Virus record (IMG/VR): IMGVR_UViG_3300035208_005701
Strand: one strand, 5' to 3'
Length of the DNA: 10,178 nucleotides
Source of the DNA: a virus
Taxonomy: Duplodnaviria > Heunggongvirae > Uroviricota > Caudoviricetes
Both the position numbers and the translations under genes were made by a program. The notes beneath the pieces are model-generated. The model did not search any database and was not told where the DNA came from. It was given only the letters and a program-made list of their open reading frames with translations. Of this stretch, positions 7,823-10,178 are shown piece by piece (position 1 is the stretch's first letter; each line of letters opens with the position of its first letter).

Positions 7823-9070
7823 TTAACTCACTTTTAAAACAGATGTTTTCAAAGTATCAATTGAAACAATTTTAGTTGTTTCTAACAGCTTTGGTTCCAG
7901 CTGCTTGAATTTATAATATATATTTATTGCGGAATTTGTATCCCGTTCTAATACCATTCCGCAATTTTTGCAATTGTAAATTCTGTCACTAAGAGTCATT
8001 TCTTGTAAGTGATTACAAGTGTTGCATTTTTTAGTTGTATTTGATTCGTTAATTTTATAGTACCTATTCCCACTGAATGTGTTACTTTTGTATTGTAACA
8101 TGTTAACGAATAAGGAAATAGGCCAAAATTGATTCTTGTATTTGTTTATGTTTTTGATTTTAGATTGAGTGTTTTTCTTGATGCCTTTTAAATCTCCTAC
8201 TACAATAGTATTAAAATTATCTGTTAATTTCTTAGAGATTTTATGAAGAAAAGTTCTTTTCTTGTTAGTTTCTTTGGATTGTAATCTGTTAATAGTTCTA
8301 TTTAAATGTTTCCATTTTCTAGACCATTTTTTCTTTTTATTTAGAAGTGATTGAATATGTTCTTTTCTTTTTGTTAATTTTGGATATTTTAAATTAGCTC
8401 CAGAAACTTTTAAAATTTCATTAGTTTCTGGAATATATCCAGTAATTAAATTCTTTTGTCCTAAATCAATAAAAATTGATTTGTCAGAATTATTTTCTTT
8501 TAATTTTGGATCAATACAAAAATGGAAATAAAAACATTTATGAGATGGGTTATAAATTAATTTATGACCTTCTTTTGTAAATGGTAAAGTGAGTAAATTG
8601 AATTTTTTAGTATTATATTTACAAATTATTTGAATTTTTTTATGTTCTTGAAAAGTAAGTTCTACAATCGAATTATTAATAATTTTTATGGTACAAGAAT
8701 TTTTTAAAAAAGAAAAATATAAAGGTTGAAAAAATCTTGTAGATTTGTATCGATTTGGAAACTGTACAGATTTATCAAATTTTTTGGCTTCATAAAATCC
8801 TTTAATTGAGTTGAAAAGTGTATCGGTTATACCGATCACTTGCCAACTCATTAAATAAGAAGGTATTATGCCTAGTTTTTTAGCACTAAATTCTTTTTGC
8901 AATTCATATTTCGAAATATAATTTTTAGTTATTAAATTTCGTTTTTGTTCAAAATCATCTTTTAAAACATTTACCATTGCATTATAATATTTACAAATTT
9001 CAATAGACGCAAATTTTAGATAATTTTGATCATCTTTAGAAATTTTACATTTAATTTGAAACGTTTTCAT
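7823..9070 (-). CDS. tnpB: TnpB RNA-guided nuclease (IS607-associated) with a rearranged RuvC-II
   Basis: RuvC-I FIDLG (Asp at 8465-8467), VVGDL at the canonical RuvC-II position, INESNTT, zinc finger CNTC...CKNC, and RuvC-III RDTNSAINI (Asp at 7940-7942). Confidence 0.9.
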   Translation of the reverse strand: MKTFQIKCKISKDDQNYLKFASIEICKYYNAMVNVLKDDFEQKRNLITKNYISKYELQKEFSAKKLGIIPSYLMSWQVIGITDTLFNSIKGFYEAKKFDKSVQFPNRYKSTRFFQPLYFSFLKNSCTIKIINNSIVELTFQEHKKIQIICKYNTKKFNLLTLPFTKEGHKLIYNPSHKCFYFHFCIDPKLKENNSDKSIFIDLGQKNLITGYIPETNEILKVSGANLKYPKLTKRKEHIQSLLNKKKKWSRKWKHLNRTINRLQSKETNKKRTFLHKISKKLTDNFNTIVVGDLKGIKKNTQSKIKNINKYKNQFWPISLFVNMLQYKSNTFSGNRYYKINESNTTKKCNTCNHLQEMTLSDRIYNCKNCGMVLERDTNSAINIYYKFKQLEPKLLETTKIVSIDTLKTSVLKVS

Positions 9071-9686
9071 TTATAAATAATTCTTTTTTAATAATATTTA
9101 ATTTTTGTTTTCCTCTTCTAGAACCATATAATTTCATACTAAAATGATGAATTATAGCAATTAAATCATTAGTAATTTCTTTTCTATAATCCAATGTTTC
9201 AGATTCATTTAATATTATAATATTAGTATTCATATATGAACATATATGTTTAATTAATTCAAAACCGAATCTTAAAAGTCTATCTTTGTATTCAATAATT
9301 ATATTTTCAACTTGATCAGATAATATTAATTGTATTAGTTTTAGAAAATTGACTCGATTAAAATTCATTCCGGAAGCAATATCTTCTAGAATCAAATCAA
9401 TTTGCATTCCTTTACTAGCGCAAAAATCTTGTAATCGTTGTTTCTGCCGTTCAAGATTCTCTTTCTGCAAAGATGTACTGACTCTACAATAAATAACAGT
9501 TTTTCTTTTTATTTTTAGTTTTTTGGTATTACTATTGACAAATTGTTCTAAATCAAATTCAGAAAATCTCCTATGACCATTCGGAAGAACAGTATATTTA
9601 ATAATATTTTTAGTGCACCATATATGCAAAGTGGTATTAGCAATATTTAAAATTTTAGATGCTTGAGAGATAGTATACAGTTTCAT
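9051..9686 (-). CDS. tnpA: IS607 TnpA transposase (N-terminal MerR-like HTH plus serine recombinase domain)
   Basis: N-terminal HTH ending in LPNGHRRF, catalytic YCRVST, LERQ, DIASGMNFNR, EYKDRLLRFGFELI. AAGGAG RBS upstream. Confidence 0.93.
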   Translation of the reverse strand: MKLYTISQASKILNIANTTLHIWCTKNIIKYTVLPNGHRRFSEFDLEQFVNSNTKKLKIKRKTVIYCRVSTSLQKENLERQKQRLQDFCASKGMQIDLILEDIASGMNFNRVNFLKLIQLILSDQVENIIIEYKDRLLRFGFELIKHICSYMNTNIIILNESETLDYRKEITNDLIAIIHHFSMKLYGSRRGKQKLNIIKKELFINENVSN

Positions 9687-9688
9687 TA

Positions 9689-9729
9689 GTACTCCTTTAT
9701 ATTTATTCTGAATAAATATAAAGGAGTAC
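9689..9729. repeat. Perfect 41-bp palindrome (20-bp arms, 1-nt centre) covering the tnpA RBS
   Basis: GTACTCCTTTATATTTATTC-T-GAATAAATATAAAGGAGTAC; the arms are exact reverse complements. Confidence 0.95.
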
Positions 9730-9763
9730 GAACTAATATAAAAACGTTAACTATAAGAATGAA

Positions 9764-10090
9764 TATTATTTGAATTATCAAACATTCAAATATGTATATC
9801 TTGATTTTTCATTAATATCTGATACTTTTAAAATAAGTATAGAATTTAATGGAGATTTTTGGCATATGAATCCTGAAAAATATAAATCTACAGATATTAA
9901 TAGTGTTACAAAAAGAACTGCTGAAGATACATGGAACAGAGATGAAAAAAGAAACAAAGAGATAGAACTACAAGGATTCAAACATTTAATAATATGGGAA
10001 TCCGAGGTTAACCATTCACCAGAACAAACATTAAATAAATGTTTATCTTTTATAAAAGAGCATTGTCTAGAATCAATAATTGGAGTTTAA
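9764..10090 (+). pseudogene. 3' part of the interrupted homing endonuclease gene: Vsr/DUF559-like nuclease domain
   Basis: YLDF...ISIEFNGDFWHMNP...WNRDEKRNKEIELQGFKHLIIWESE is a Vsr-like catalytic signature. It is in frame with 6836-7783 once the IS is removed, and the TTG at 9770 has no good RBS of its own. Confidence 0.8.
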
Positions 10091-10178
10091 ATGAAACTTT
10101 TTAAAAAATTAGGACGACATATTAGACCGAATGGTGTATATGTTACTCATTTTGAACCAACAACTCAGATTTATATAA
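10091..10178 (+). CDS. Start of an ORF (MKLFKKLGRHIRPNGVYVTHFEPTTQIYI...), candidate C-intein half fused to the rest of beta-prime; 3'-truncated by the window
   Basis: The ATG directly follows the endonuclease stop codon, with GGAG at 10082-10085. The frame is open to the window end. Its identity is inferred from position and a loose likeness to the region following intein block A. Confidence 0.5.
   Translation, partial: MKLFKKLGRHIRPNGVYVTHFEPTTQIYI

Larger units (their letters stand above)
7784..9763 (-). mobile_element. IS607-family insertion sequence (tnpA serine recombinase plus tnpB), about 1.98 kb, antisense to the interrupted gene
   Basis: The tnpA/tnpB pair overlaps by 20 nt. GAA is present at both junctions (7781-7783 and 9761-9763), and removing 7784-9763 restores a continuous 424-aa ORF (…NLNKE|YYLNYQTFKYVYLDF…). 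No terminal inverted repeats or long target duplication, as expected for IS607. Ends are inferred. Confidence 0.85.

Noticed and set aside
8195-8197. TnpB as a nuclease-dead (TldR-like) variant because of the E-to-G change
   Set aside because: Both Asp residues are intact and an alternative Glu sits in INESNTT, matching the known rearranged active site.
9755-9759. Alternative IS junction using the longer AAGAA match (7779-7783 and 9755-9759)
   Set aside because: Joining there puts TGA (9760-9762) in frame; the GAA junction at 9761-9763 restores the ORF.
9778-9981. 67-aa minus-strand ORF
   Set aside because: Antisense shadow of the Vsr-like nuclease domain.
9770-10090. Stand-alone 106-aa gene starting at TTG 9770
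   Set aside because: No suitable RBS, and it joins 6836-7783 in frame on IS removal, so it is better read as the 3' half of an interrupted gene.
6751-10090. Group I intron or IStron interrupting the RNAP or endonuclease gene
   Set aside because: Non-coding gaps are too short (about 85, 40 and 75 nt) for a ribozyme core, the IS is antisense to the host gene, and the downstream ORF has its own RBS and ATG. No covariance search was run.
1-10178. CRISPR array, tRNA, rRNA or clear intrinsic terminator
   Set aside because: No regularly spaced repeats, cloverleaf, or GC-rich stem with a U-tract was seen by eye.

Overview
This is very AT-rich DNA that looks like a phiKZ/AR9-type jumbo phage encoding its own multisubunit RNA polymerase. 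The left half holds a 5'-truncated Gp5/VgrG-like tail spike gene with a C-terminal glycosidase-like extension, a small Ig/PKD-like protein, an Amidase_2 lysin, a probable sigma-like nvRNAP specificity subunit (minus strand) and a Cys-rich hypothetical protein. The right half is a nested set of selfish elements at the RNAP active site. The beta-prime gene runs to the catalytic motif (S)ADFDGD, continues for 29 aa that look like the N-half of an atypically split intein, and stops. A Vsr-like homing endonuclease gene follows, itself split in frame by an antisense IS607 element (TnpA plus a TnpB with a rearranged RuvC-II). An ORF starting at 10091 and running off the window is the candidate C-intein/beta-prime continuation. 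A recurring intergenic motif GAAYAAATAT may be a phage promoter, and it also occurs twice in a perfect palindrome in the IS left end. Family assignments come from motif recognition only; no searches were run.
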